Shown here: positions 11,001 through 19,056 of the stretch, piece by piece
How the letters are laid out: each line of letters opens with the position of its first letter
Numbering within the stretch: position 1 is the stretch's first letter
DNA from: a virus
Virus record (IMG/VR): IMGVR_UViG_3300012000_000002
Location: 55,040 to 119,039 of that record
Direction: 5' to 3' (one strand)
DNA length: 64,000 nt
Made by a program: the position numbers and the translations under genes
The notes under the pieces: model-generated
What the model saw: the letters and a program-made list of their open reading frames with translations, nothing else
Database searches by the model: none
What the model was told of the DNA's origin: nothing

Positions 11001-11129
11001 CACAAAGGCTGGGCCTTTTTCTGCACCACCAATAATGGTTGCTGGCGTTCCACCAACAGGGATTGTACGTTCGGTTAAGTCGAACTCTCTATCGAAATAA
11101 TTGGGGGCTTTTAATACTGTTTCTGGCAT
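8019..11129 (-). CDS. tail sheath protein 2 (gp18-like)
   Basis: APNYFDREFD, GPAFVP, PWFAPAGFDRG, FSQNTL...LESINVKRML; start MPETVL after GAGG. Confidence 0.92.
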   Translation of the reverse strand: MPETVLKAPNYFDREFDLTERTIPVGGTPATIIGGAEKGPAFVPITLGSYTDFSNKFGPVNSKYVGTYGVQKFLEAKGTELASVNYIRVLGCGANSSSIDITQTQVSGTVTNAGMQVVGNGTVFVSGALQGRVQFLVGKHFVQNNEVFGYPMFTNNNSYNVSGFTPDNDSVNLVRAVLFTAPDSRFLVLSGAVDSGGVYDPTAAFGGSGTYEAAQVGTTGPMQGMFKLVLSCSAGSSFSSDDGVAGLQIFSASFDPDSDQYVGKILNTNPENFATKKHLLYLDYAVDAQVATLSASNTVPTVAVLSGSANTNSLGLEYSEVFGYFNTRYTAPKTPYFVSQPFGGIEYDLFYVESRDDGEYANSKYKISISNLLASTNPSSKYGSFTLSVRAFNDTDEQPQILEQFNNLSLDPKSSQYIARVIGDKRTKFDFDQVEAEDRGVVVEGKYGNRSRFIRVVPSSQLENDEVPELALPFGFRGHQMLLTNVALSDQGGLPTLARISGVSSSTVPNGALLSGSIVPPVPYRFTVTRNPLTASGTVFGAPGAQTVVDGRLYWGVKLERNNNDVLNVNVNAAINPIVANFSKFAGIEKLGVLTTGSASDLLNNNKFTLANVALNETSMTTVASTDILTLMKSAAYLRNATIDPTTYVATNYSNRITFASLVNSSSAVQFNNFSNYAKFTTFMQGGWDGVNIFDKQAARFTDQSTSTEAGAGGVYGLANASYVSPGAPSATNYTGVGASNQNVVAYRTALDIATNPSLANNNILATPGQRDPLITNYALEKNTDYGLSFYLLDLQPYDKDDVRIFDGESNRSISINKTSNAFINRALDNNGGAAYFPNIVIEDTVNTRRVQLPASIAALSALSYNDRVKFPWFAPAGFDRGSLGFVLLTSIRINQNDRNTLYDANINPIVKFPGANYVFFSQNTLQQAESALESINVKRMLLEIKRQIVAIGNRLLFEQNTPALRTRFVNEAALVLATVQAQQGIEQFAIICDDRNNTAEDVNSNRMNAQIRVLPTRAIEYIVMDFVVLPSGVSI

Positions 11130-11209
11130 ATTTATCCTCACTTTACAGTTAGTTAAAGTTCTACGGCATAAATAGAGACAAGAAACCGGTTTACCTTAAA
11201 GAACCAAAG

Positions 11210-12418
11210 TCACTTATTATCGATAAAGAAATCATACAACGCTTGTTGGTCTGAAGCGGTATAAACCGTTTCGCCTTGTTTTTGATTGTTTGATACTTCT
11301 TTTACATACTTTGTTTGTGTAACGTTTTGGTTGAATGGATCACGATAAACTCTTTGAAAAACAAGCTTGTCTTGTTCTGGTGGAGTTTCTTTTGTTGCTG
11401 GGTCTTGTTCAATGTCTGTAAGCACAAACTGGTTTTCTTTGGTGAAATCGTTTTTTGTTTCGTTGTATTGATCTTTGGCTGGTTGAGAGAAAACTTCGCC
11501 GGGAGCCACATAAGTTTCAAACGATATGTTGACGTTTGAAAGATAACGCTTGAATGGCACTCTTTGACCGGGAGCGTTTGGAGCAAGTAAATAACCCCGT
11601 ACTGTGATGTTAAAGCTATACTTGATTAAACGTTCTGCATCTGTTATATCGTCAAAATTGTCTTGAGCATTTAATCCAGCATCAACTGTTGCAGCAAACC
11701 AATATCCTTTTTCAGTTTTGAGATAAAAACCTTTGCCGGGAGTTATTTGGCTGGCAAGAAACGTTTCAATCAAATAGTTCATATGTTGGGTATAGTTCGT
11801 CCAAAACACAATCTCATACGTTGCCGTGAAAAATTGAGGAAACGGGATTGCAATAATCTCATAAATGTGATCGGCTCTTAAACGTTTTGTTTTATCGTCC
11901 AACAACATTCCTTCAACAATAGAAGGGTCTTTTGCATTTTCTCCCTTGCTTTGCCTCAAGGTGTCTGGAGGAGTTGGAGTGTTGTTTAAAAGCAAACGAT
12001 TAATCAACGATTGATAATCTTTGTCAGATTCATCTAATCTGCGTTTGATTGTTAACTCTCCAACAAAAGTATCTCCAGAGTTTTGTTCTATACCTGTTCT
12101 ACGCAACGATATCGCTGGTAGCAACAAAACACCGTTACGATCACGAAAAGGCTTTAAACGCTTGGCAAGAGCAAATCTTTCGCCTGTTGCCAAAATAACA
12201 AACGGTTTCTTTAAGTTGATTTCTTTTTCATAGCTTGTGTTTATTTGATATGTTTGAAAAGGAATCTCTTTATCAAACAAGCTATGCATTCCGGCATCAA
12301 CGTCTTCGATTCCACAAGAAGGAATGTAATAAGTTGATGGGTCATTGTTGCGAAGATCGTAGCCCGTTGGTTGTTGATCTTTGCCTTCTAAAAAAGGAAC
12401 GTTAAAACGTGTGGTCAT
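11210..12418 (-). CDS. tail completion/terminator protein (gp15-like, putative)
   Basis: Position between neck and sheath genes; IEDVD, TGERFA, LPAISLRRTG motifs. Confidence 0.6.
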   Translation of the reverse strand: MTTRFNVPFLEGKDQQPTGYDLRNNDPSTYYIPSCGIEDVDAGMHSLFDKEIPFQTYQINTSYEKEINLKKPFVILATGERFALAKRLKPFRDRNGVLLLPAISLRRTGIEQNSGDTFVGELTIKRRLDESDKDYQSLINRLLLNNTPTPPDTLRQSKGENAKDPSIVEGMLLDDKTKRLRADHIYEIIAIPFPQFFTATYEIVFWTNYTQHMNYLIETFLASQITPGKGFYLKTEKGYWFAATVDAGLNAQDNFDDITDAERLIKYSFNITVRGYLLAPNAPGQRVPFKRYLSNVNISFETYVAPGEVFSQPAKDQYNETKNDFTKENQFVLTDIEQDPATKETPPEQDKLVFQRVYRDPFNQNVTQTKYVKEVSNNQKQGETVYTASDQQALYDFFIDNK

Positions 12419-12437
12419 ACCTTATAAGTAGCCAACA

Positions 12438-13157
12438 CTATTCGTCATATAATCCTTTTTTGGGAGGCAACGGATCATTGTTAAAGCTTTGAGTTTCGCC
12501 TTCAATAAAATCTCCACCGTCATCAACGTTTGGCTCAACACGACGTTGCCCTGTGCCAAGAGCAATAGGAGCCATATCGTGTCCAAGACGTTCACGCATT
12601 TCACGAACATCTCCTGTTGGATCACCATCGTTGGTTATTGGTAAGCCACGTTGTTGTTCGTATACTCTTTCAATGTCATCTGGAGCAAGGCGTGGGTTTG
12701 GAATGTTTGGCACATCAATTTGATTAAGTCTTGCAGAACGTGCTGTGATTTTCCATGACACGTTATATTCAGCAAGACCAAAGATGTTTTTACCAGCGTT
12801 GGTAAACGTAAGAACCTCGTAAAGAATATCGTCGTAAGAAAAGAAATCTCCCTCGCTTAATATGATACCTTTATCTTGAAGATCTTTATATTGAATCAAC
12901 ACTTCAACCTTGGCTTCAATGTCTGGGCCAAAGTTTGTTGTTTTACTTGAATATTCTGGCATTCCAACAAGAGCGGGAATCATGATTGGGTTTTCGAAAA
13001 TCTTTTGTAAAGATTCGTTGTATATCTTGTGTACAGAGCTTTTAATGGTTGAAACTGGGAAGTAGTTTATAAACTGCCCTGCAACGTCTTTTATAAACTC
13101 TTTCGTCAAGTCGTTTATGAACTGTACTTCTCGTTGACCTATGAATAATCTTGCCAT
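12438..13157 (-). CDS. neck protein (gp14-like, putative)
   Basis: Synteny with gp13/gp15-like genes; MARLF..REVQFINDL start. Confidence 0.6.
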   Translation of the reverse strand: MARLFIGQREVQFINDLTKEFIKDVAGQFINYFPVSTIKSSVHKIYNESLQKIFENPIMIPALVGMPEYSSKTTNFGPDIEAKVEVLIQYKDLQDKGIILSEGDFFSYDDILYEVLTFTNAGKNIFGLAEYNVSWKITARSARLNQIDVPNIPNPRLAPDDIERVYEQQRGLPITNDGDPTGDVREMRERLGHDMAPIALGTGQRRVEPNVDDGGDFIEGETQSFNNDPLPPKKGLYDE

Positions 13158-13194
13158 TGTTTATCCTGTTAATATAGAGGGCAGGTTTTACAAA

Positions 13195-14451
13195 CTAGAA
13201 TATACCGATTGCGTACTTGGGTGGCATTGGTATAAACGCAAGTTGCTTAACTGCATTTTCTGCTTTAGACGCTTCACGTTCAGCGATTTTATCATACGTT
13301 AAGTTATCCAAGGTTTCTTTCAAGCTTGTCATAAGCTTTTCTTTGTCTTCTTTGCCTTGAGATATTAGATCGTCACCGTTAAGAGAAAGGTCGGCACCGG
13401 GAATAGGCATCGATTTAAACTTGCTTCTGATACGTCCAAGTTGGATAGTGCATAGCGCAAGAGTCATTTGAGCAATCCAGTTTCTGCTCCACATGTTTAA
13501 CGAATCGTAGTTTAATGGACCGAAAGGTGCGGTAAATGGTCCGTTAACACCATAGATTTTATCTTCTTGATAAGCTCCAGAGCTACCCGATCCAACAGGA
13601 GAAAAGCTAGAACCACTATTGACTATGGTGTTAGCTAAAGTTGGAAAAGGTTGTCTGGTGAATCTAACCCGAATCCAAACACGATTGTTATAGCCGGGAA
13701 CAAGACTGTTTGGTGTTGGGTATATTCTTATACTGCGGCCAGAAATCTTGTAGCTATAATGTGATCTTCTTACTCTTTGAGCAGCTTCTAACATTCCTGC
13801 TCTTAATACGTCTTCAAACAATGGAAGAACGTAGAAACGTGTATCTGGAATGTAAGACTCTACAGGAAGACCTGTTGCAACGAAGTTGCTAGCAAGGTTA
13901 GAGTTAAACACATATTGTACAGGTGCGTTGTGAAACACTTCAACAACTTGCATAGAACCAACAGAACCACTTGGCTGCAAGTTCCATATAGGTGTTCCAT
14001 TCTTGTCAACTAAATCAGTATATAAATCGTATTCTTGTTTGGTGTTTTGCATTGTAAGATAACCAAGATAAGTTTGCTCGTCTTGGGCATAACCTACAAC
14101 ACCTGCATATGGAGCTGCAAGAGTTAACAAAAACTCTAAGTTTTGTTGCACGTACATATCTGTAACGTTTATGCTGGGAGTTCCGTTTGCGTCAATGCTT
14201 CCTGTTGGTGAACCAAGAAGGTTGGCAAGATTGGATATGTTTTGATATTCAATCATTTTGCCGTTGAATTCACGGGTTGCTTGCTCAAAGTTATCCCAGA
14301 TTTGACGTTTGGTTAGCTCAACAGATAAAACGTCTTCACCAAGAAACCTTAAGACGAATGTAACCATATTGTCGGCGTCTTGCTGAAACAGTTGATATTT
14401 GTCGTAAAAACCAAAGCTTGTTGGTTTTAATGTTGTGTTGAACGTGCTCAT
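13195..14451 (-). CDS. neck/head-completion protein (gp13-like)
   Basis: LGEDVLSVELT, QLGRIRSKF..MPIPG..LSLNGDDLISQG. Confidence 0.75.
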   Translation of the reverse strand: MSTFNTTLKPTSFGFYDKYQLFQQDADNMVTFVLRFLGEDVLSVELTKRQIWDNFEQATREFNGKMIEYQNISNLANLLGSPTGSIDANGTPSINVTDMYVQQNLEFLLTLAAPYAGVVGYAQDEQTYLGYLTMQNTKQEYDLYTDLVDKNGTPIWNLQPSGSVGSMQVVEVFHNAPVQYVFNSNLASNFVATGLPVESYIPDTRFYVLPLFEDVLRAGMLEAAQRVRRSHYSYKISGRSIRIYPTPNSLVPGYNNRVWIRVRFTRQPFPTLANTIVNSGSSFSPVGSGSSGAYQEDKIYGVNGPFTAPFGPLNYDSLNMWSRNWIAQMTLALCTIQLGRIRSKFKSMPIPGADLSLNGDDLISQGKEDKEKLMTSLKETLDNLTYDKIAEREASKAENAVKQLAFIPMPPKYAIGIF

Positions 14452-14467
14452 ACTTATAATTACAAAC

Positions 14468-14998
14468 ATGAACGTAAGATTAATTAAGCCCGTAATAAAA
14501 GCGATACTTTTAGAAGCTTTAGCAAAAGCAAAAACTCTTTATGTGTTTGACTTCGATCATACCATCGCAAAAACGTATGAAGAAAACATACGTTTGCCAA
14601 ATGGTAGAATCGATTTACGTGCTTTTTCTAACTTAAGCGACGAAACAAAACCAAACGGTGAAATATTCGATATGTTTGCCGATAAAGTTGAAAGCGATCC
14701 TGATACAACATTTATTCTCACCGCTAGACCTATAGGAGTTAAAAACCCAATGATCGAATGGTTGAAAAGCCAAGGAGTTGATATCGATCCCGCAAAGATC
14801 GTATGTCTTGGAGATGGTGCCGCAGGTAAAAAACGAGATTGGATCAAAGAAAAAATTTTGAAAACCAAAGCAAAAAAAGTTATGTTTTGGGATGATAGAG
14901 AAAGAAATACAAAAGCAGTTGACAGCTTAAACGATAAAGAAAAGCATCCAGAATTGGAAGGCGTTAAAGTCAAAACAACAACGGTGGTAAAGTCATGA
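14468..14998 (+). CDS. HAD-superfamily phosphatase 1
   Basis: YVFDFDHT motif I, ILTAR motif II, GKK and FWDD motifs III/IV. Confidence 0.8.
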   Translation: MNVRLIKPVIKAILLEALAKAKTLYVFDFDHTIAKTYEENIRLPNGRIDLRAFSNLSDETKPNGEIFDMFADKVESDPDTTFILTARPIGVKNPMIEWLKSQGVDIDPAKIVCLGDGAAGKKRDWIKEKILKTKAKKVMFWDDRERNTKAVDSLNDKEKHPELEGVKVKTTTVVKS

Positions 14999-15669
14999 AC
15001 AAAAACTTAAAACAAATCATTAAAGCGGTTATCTTAGAAGTTCATGAAGAAGAGTTTTTAAAACTTGGAGTGCCTTCTGAAAAAACTGGATTGAAAACTC
15101 TTCGTGTGTTTGATTTCGATGACACTCTTGCTAAAACCAATTCAAAAGTTGGTGTAACTGAATTCGATAAAGAAACTGGCAGGCAAATCAAATCAGAATA
15201 TATGATTACTCCCGCCGAATATGCAACGTTTAAAGTAGATGTAGCAGAAAAGAATCCTGACATTGAATACGCATACGATTATCGTGAATTCGCAGAAGTT
15301 AAAGATCCAAAAATAATTGATTGGACTTTTGAAGTTTTAAACAAGATTGTTCGAAAGTTAAGAGCTAGCGAAAACATTCCCGCCGTTATTCTAACAGCAA
15401 GAGGTCATGGCGCAAACAAAAACATTCGTGAGTTCTTAAGAGAAATGGATATCAACATTCCTGTTAAAACCCTTAATGGCTCTGCTCCAGAACTAAAAAG
15501 CGAATGGATCAAACAAACAATGCTTGATCGCAACATTCCTCATATTGAGTTCTTTGACGATAGCAGACTTAATGTTGCTGCTGTTAAACAACTAAACGAT
15601 GATTTAGAGCTGTTGGCAAAGTTTAAACAAGACCTAAAAGTTCGTTCTCGTCTTGTGCAAGCAGAATGA
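14995..15669 (+). CDS. HAD-superfamily phosphatase 2
   Basis: RVFDFDDT, ILTARG, LK and FFDDS motifs; ATGA overlap with upstream paralogue. Confidence 0.8.
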   Translation: MNKNLKQIIKAVILEVHEEEFLKLGVPSEKTGLKTLRVFDFDDTLAKTNSKVGVTEFDKETGRQIKSEYMITPAEYATFKVDVAEKNPDIEYAYDYREFAEVKDPKIIDWTFEVLNKIVRKLRASENIPAVILTARGHGANKNIREFLREMDINIPVKTLNGSAPELKSEWIKQTMLDRNIPHIEFFDDSRLNVAAVKQLNDDLELLAKFKQDLKVRSRLVQAE

Positions 15670-15732
15670 AAAAAACTCTTGATGGAAACATCAAGAGTTT
15701 ATAAAAACAAGCTGCATACTTGGAAAAAAGTA

Positions 15733-16050
15733 TCAGCGACGGGATGAGCGACCTTTGCGGTAACCGGCACGATAAGCTGCTGCTACTGCTTCTTTTAAAG
15801 ATTCGGAATAACCAGAAAGTTCAATGCTTGATGGGCCTTCGCCACGTTCTTCTCTACTTTTGTAGGTATATTCTTGATCACGTTGTCTGCGGCGTTGATC
15901 TTCGTAGCTTTCTTTTTCGCCTGAATCCCATGAGTCGCCGTGACGATTTCCACCTTCACCGCCTCTTGAATAGCTTCCAAATTGTTCATCCATAGCTTCT
16001 TCAGAAGCTTCACGAATTAATGCTTTTAGTTGCTTAACTGTAATTCTCAT
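15733..16050 (-). CDS. small protein with MRITVKQLKALIREA leader
   Basis: GGAG SD; N- and C-termini shared with neighbour. Confidence 0.8.
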   Translation of the reverse strand: MRITVKQLKALIREASEEAMDEQFGSYSRGGEGGNRHGDSWDSGEKESYEDQRRRQRDQEYTYKSREERGEGPSSIELSGYSESLKEAVAAAYRAGYRKGRSSRR

Positions 16051-16064
16051 AACAATATCTCCAA

Positions 16065-16280
16065 TCAGCGACGGGTGGCACGGCCACGACGATAACCTGC
16101 ACGGAAAGCTTTGGCAACTGCTTCTTGAAGGGCTTCTTCCATGCCAGCACCTTCGTCTTTGCCATGATCCATAGCTTCGTCCATATCTTTACCTTCGTCT
16201 TCTTGCTTCTTCATTTCGTCCATAGCTTCTTCTGTAGCTTCACGGATCAATGCTTTTAGTTGTCTAACTGTAACTCTCAT
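16065..16280 (-). CDS. small acidic protein with MRVTVRQLKALIREA leader
   Basis: AGGAG SD; paralogue of 15733-16050. Confidence 0.8.
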   Translation of the reverse strand: MRVTVRQLKALIREATEEAMDEMKKQEDEGKDMDEAMDHGKDEGAGMEEALQEAVAKAFRAGYRRGRATRR

Positions 16281-16322
16281 GATAAAACTCCTTTGGCAGA
16301 TATAATAGCCATACTTAATTAT

Positions 16323-16550
16323 TCACGCTTTTTCTTTTTGTTTTTTTAAACCCATATTTTTCATGATCTTGGTGGCCGTACCATATATTGCTGCTTCGTT
16401 GTCACCATAACGGGGTTTAAGTTCTTTTTTGATAATCTTTTCTACTTCTGCTGGGAAGTGTATTTTGCCCTTACGTTTCTTTTTACGTTTTTCTAAAAGA
16501 ACTTCTTGAATAATCAAACTTATAAGTTCTTCTAAGATTACTTCCTTCAT
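16323..16550 (-). CDS. small basic late protein
   Basis: GGAGG SD; CTATTTA motif at 16574-16580. Confidence 0.7.
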   Translation of the reverse strand: MKEVILEELISLIIQEVLLEKRKKKRKGKIHFPAEVEKIIKKELKPRYGDNEAAIYGTATKIMKNMGLKKQKEKA

Positions 16551-16565
16551 ACTGGTTATCCTCCA

Positions 16566-17102
16566 CTATGAAGTAAATAGTAGCACAATTTCAGAGATGT
16601 TATTTTGTACAAGAGATATATTAGGCAAAGCTTCACGAAGTTTTACACGATTGCCTTCGGCAAGATATGTGCGTGTATCTGTTCCAGAAATACGCTTTAC
16701 ACCTTTGCCAGCTTTCACAGGAGAAAGAATCTCAACACGAATCTTGTTGTTTTTCACAAGAATCGGAAAGTTCTTTTTCAATGCTTCGGGACGATACCTG
16801 TCTTTAGCATCCTCAACACCAGCAAACAAATATACTTCGTTATTCCTATCCAACGTTTCAATCATTGAATACATCTCACCTACAGGTGATCCGTTAATGT
16901 AATGAAAAACAACGTTAGGCAACGTAGGAGCAACATACTTCTCAACATATTGCTTGCACGCCAATCCACTTAGCTCTCCTCGATTTTTTACACTCATAAG
17001 CACATGAAGTTCATCCACACACTCACACATAGAAACAATTGATTGATAATGCCCACGATGAAGTGGCTTAAAACTACCGGGAAAAAATCCAATCTTATTC
17101 AT
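16566..17102 (-). CDS. HxGH (cytidylyltransferase-like) nucleotidyltransferase
   Basis: FFPGSFKPLHRGH and ISGTDTR motifs. Confidence 0.85.
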   Translation of the reverse strand: MNKIGFFPGSFKPLHRGHYQSIVSMCECVDELHVLMSVKNRGELSGLACKQYVEKYVAPTLPNVVFHYINGSPVGEMYSMIETLDRNNEVYLFAGVEDAKDRYRPEALKKNFPILVKNNKIRVEILSPVKAGKGVKRISGTDTRTYLAEGNRVKLREALPNISLVQNNISEIVLLFTS

Positions 17103-17145
17103 ATTTCTACAATATCAAACAAAAAAGAATAAGTCAAAGAATATC

Positions 17146-17174
17146 TTTAGAAATATATTTGAGTTTGTTACACT
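17146..17174 (+). promoter_or_regulatory. sigma70-like early promoter
   Basis: TTTAGA-17 nt-TACACT. Confidence 0.6.
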
Positions 17175-17196
17175 GGGGCAAAGGCAGGAAAAGTAA

Positions 17197-18222
17197 ATGG
17201 GTGGAGCAGCAGGACATATGAAGCATCCGTTTGACATTGTTGCAAACGGAAACGAACTACATAACTTGTTCATGCGTGCGTATACGCATATCAATAACAA
17301 CAACAACGCTTGTGTTAAAATCGATGGATTGAATATTAGCGTAAAGCTCGTAAACGGCTCTACAAGGCACGGAAAGCAGTTTGCCATAGATCGGGGTAGC
17401 GCAAAAGAACTTGACGTTCTAGGCGTCACCAAAAACGATCTCAAGGCACGATTTGGCGAACATCATGGTATGATGACCAAAGGTGGTGTTGTGCTTGATA
17501 TCTTGAACCAAGCTATTCCTAATATCAAAAACGAACTTAAGTTGCTTGGTATGTGGGATAACAATAATCTTGTTTTGAATATGGAATATGTTGAAGGCAA
17601 AAGCAACGTTCAAGATTACGGTTGCAACTTTTTGGCTGTACATGGTTTGTTGGGTATGAAGTTTGTTACTAACAAGCGTAGAGCAAGTTATGAAGTTGAC
17701 TATGCGGCTGTTACCATGCGATCATTGATTGATAAGCTTAACACTGTTTCAAGCAACTTTGGTTTCAAGGTAGTTGGTTCCATTGGTGTTGAAAACGTTA
17801 ACAAGCCTAACTTTGATGTTGAGCTTAACAAGCATTATACCGTTTGTTACAACAAGAACAACAAGGTAACAAAGACTTTGCGTGATTGGTTGTATGGTGT
17901 AACATATGTTCCACACAACGTTAAGATCAATCTCAAGAATGGTAGAAAAGTTGATGCTTTGAGCAAAGAAGTTTTTGTAAGCATCCTTGAAGGCATTAAC
18001 TTGCATGAATATATGCAAGATGATTGTACTGATGCTGTTAATGGTTTTGTTTGTTATCTTGCCACAATGAAGCTTGGTGAAGCATTTCTACAATCTTATA
18101 CTTCTGAACTTGGAAACGTTAGCGAGCAAGAAGGTTTGGTTGTAAGAAATATGTTCAACGAACCGTTTAAGATTACTGGAAGCTTTATCCTACGAGGTAT
18201 GAATAGCTGTTTCCAGAAGTAA
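17197..18222 (+). CDS. conserved phage protein with polynucleotide-ligase-like motifs
   Basis: MGGAAGHMKHPFD start; VKIDG (motif I), EGLVVR (IV), PFKITG (V). Confidence 0.55.
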   Translation: MGGAAGHMKHPFDIVANGNELHNLFMRAYTHINNNNNACVKIDGLNISVKLVNGSTRHGKQFAIDRGSAKELDVLGVTKNDLKARFGEHHGMMTKGGVVLDILNQAIPNIKNELKLLGMWDNNNLVLNMEYVEGKSNVQDYGCNFLAVHGLLGMKFVTNKRRASYEVDYAAVTMRSLIDKLNTVSSNFGFKVVGSIGVENVNKPNFDVELNKHYTVCYNKNNKVTKTLRDWLYGVTYVPHNVKINLKNGRKVDALSKEVFVSILEGINLHEYMQDDCTDAVNGFVCYLATMKLGEAFLQSYTSELGNVSEQEGLVVRNMFNEPFKITGSFILRGMNSCFQK

Positions 18223-18268
18223 ACAACATAACACCATATATATAAACTACTCACAAGGAGAATATCTT

Positions 18269-18583
18269 ATGAAAGCTGTATTAAATGGTGAATATTCTGG
18301 GTCTGGTGGAAAACAACATATTTCTATCAAAGGTGATTTAAGCGTTGAAGGATTGAATGTAGAAGCTTTGCTAGGTAGAATTGCACAACTTGAAGCTCAC
18401 GTTGTAAAGCTTGAAGAAATTGTTTCAAGACTTCAAGAGCAAAGCATTCGTTCTTCTACAAAAGAACTAGCTAAAGCTTTGGAAGAAGTAAAAGTCGAAG
18501 AAGCCGTTTCTGAACCAGTTGTAGCTCCAGTACAAGAAGAAGTTAAGCCAGTAGCTTCAACCAGCAAAAAGAAATCAGCATAA
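18269..18583 (+). CDS. hypothetical coiled-coil protein
   Basis: AAGGAG SD, 104-aa ORF. Confidence 0.7.
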   Translation: MKAVLNGEYSGSGGKQHISIKGDLSVEGLNVEALLGRIAQLEAHVVKLEEIVSRLQEQSIRSSTKELAKALEEVKVEEAVSEPVVAPVQEEVKPVASTSKKKSA

Positions 18584-18589
18584 TTGCAA

Positions 18590-18961
18590 TTATTTATTCA
18601 TTGGGATGCCTTGGGGACATTTCTCCAAGGCATCTTGCTTTTTAGTTAAAGCATTTAACGCATCTTGCACAACGTTTGGATTTTCTTTTTTCCAACTACC
18701 AAGATGACCAACGTTTAAATGACATTGATATTCTTTGTTTTCACAAAGAGTTATAAGGTTTGAATTCTCTAATTCAAGTTCTGGATAAAGATGAAATGGT
18801 TTGATGTGATGAACTTGAAGTTGTTGTTCACAACCACAAGCCGCACACACTGGAAACGATTTTAAATGCCTTTTGCGGACAGTTTCCCAACGAGGTGAAC
18901 GTAGCTTTAATGGTTTACCTTTAACAGCCTCTGTTAAGGCTTTAAACAGTCTTTTAATCAT
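18590..18961 (-). CDS. HNH endonuclease
   Basis: RSPRW..VR..HL...CAAC...VHHIKPFH...ENSNLITLC...CH...GH. Confidence 0.88.
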   Translation of the reverse strand: MIKRLFKALTEAVKGKPLKLRSPRWETVRKRHLKSFPVCAACGCEQQLQVHHIKPFHLYPELELENSNLITLCENKEYQCHLNVGHLGSWKKENPNVVQDALNALTKKQDALEKCPQGIPMNK

Positions 18962-18997
18962 CTGGATATAACTCCAGATGTAAATAGTATAAAAGCA

Positions 18998-19027
18998 GAA
19001 AGGCTGCCTTTTTAGGGGCAGCCTTTC
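18998..19027 (-). terminator. intrinsic terminator after major capsid gene
   Basis: aaaggctgcc/ggcagccttt 10-bp stem. Confidence 0.75.
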
Positions 19028-19056
19028 CTAACCTTTTATAAGGTCTTTTGTGTCTA

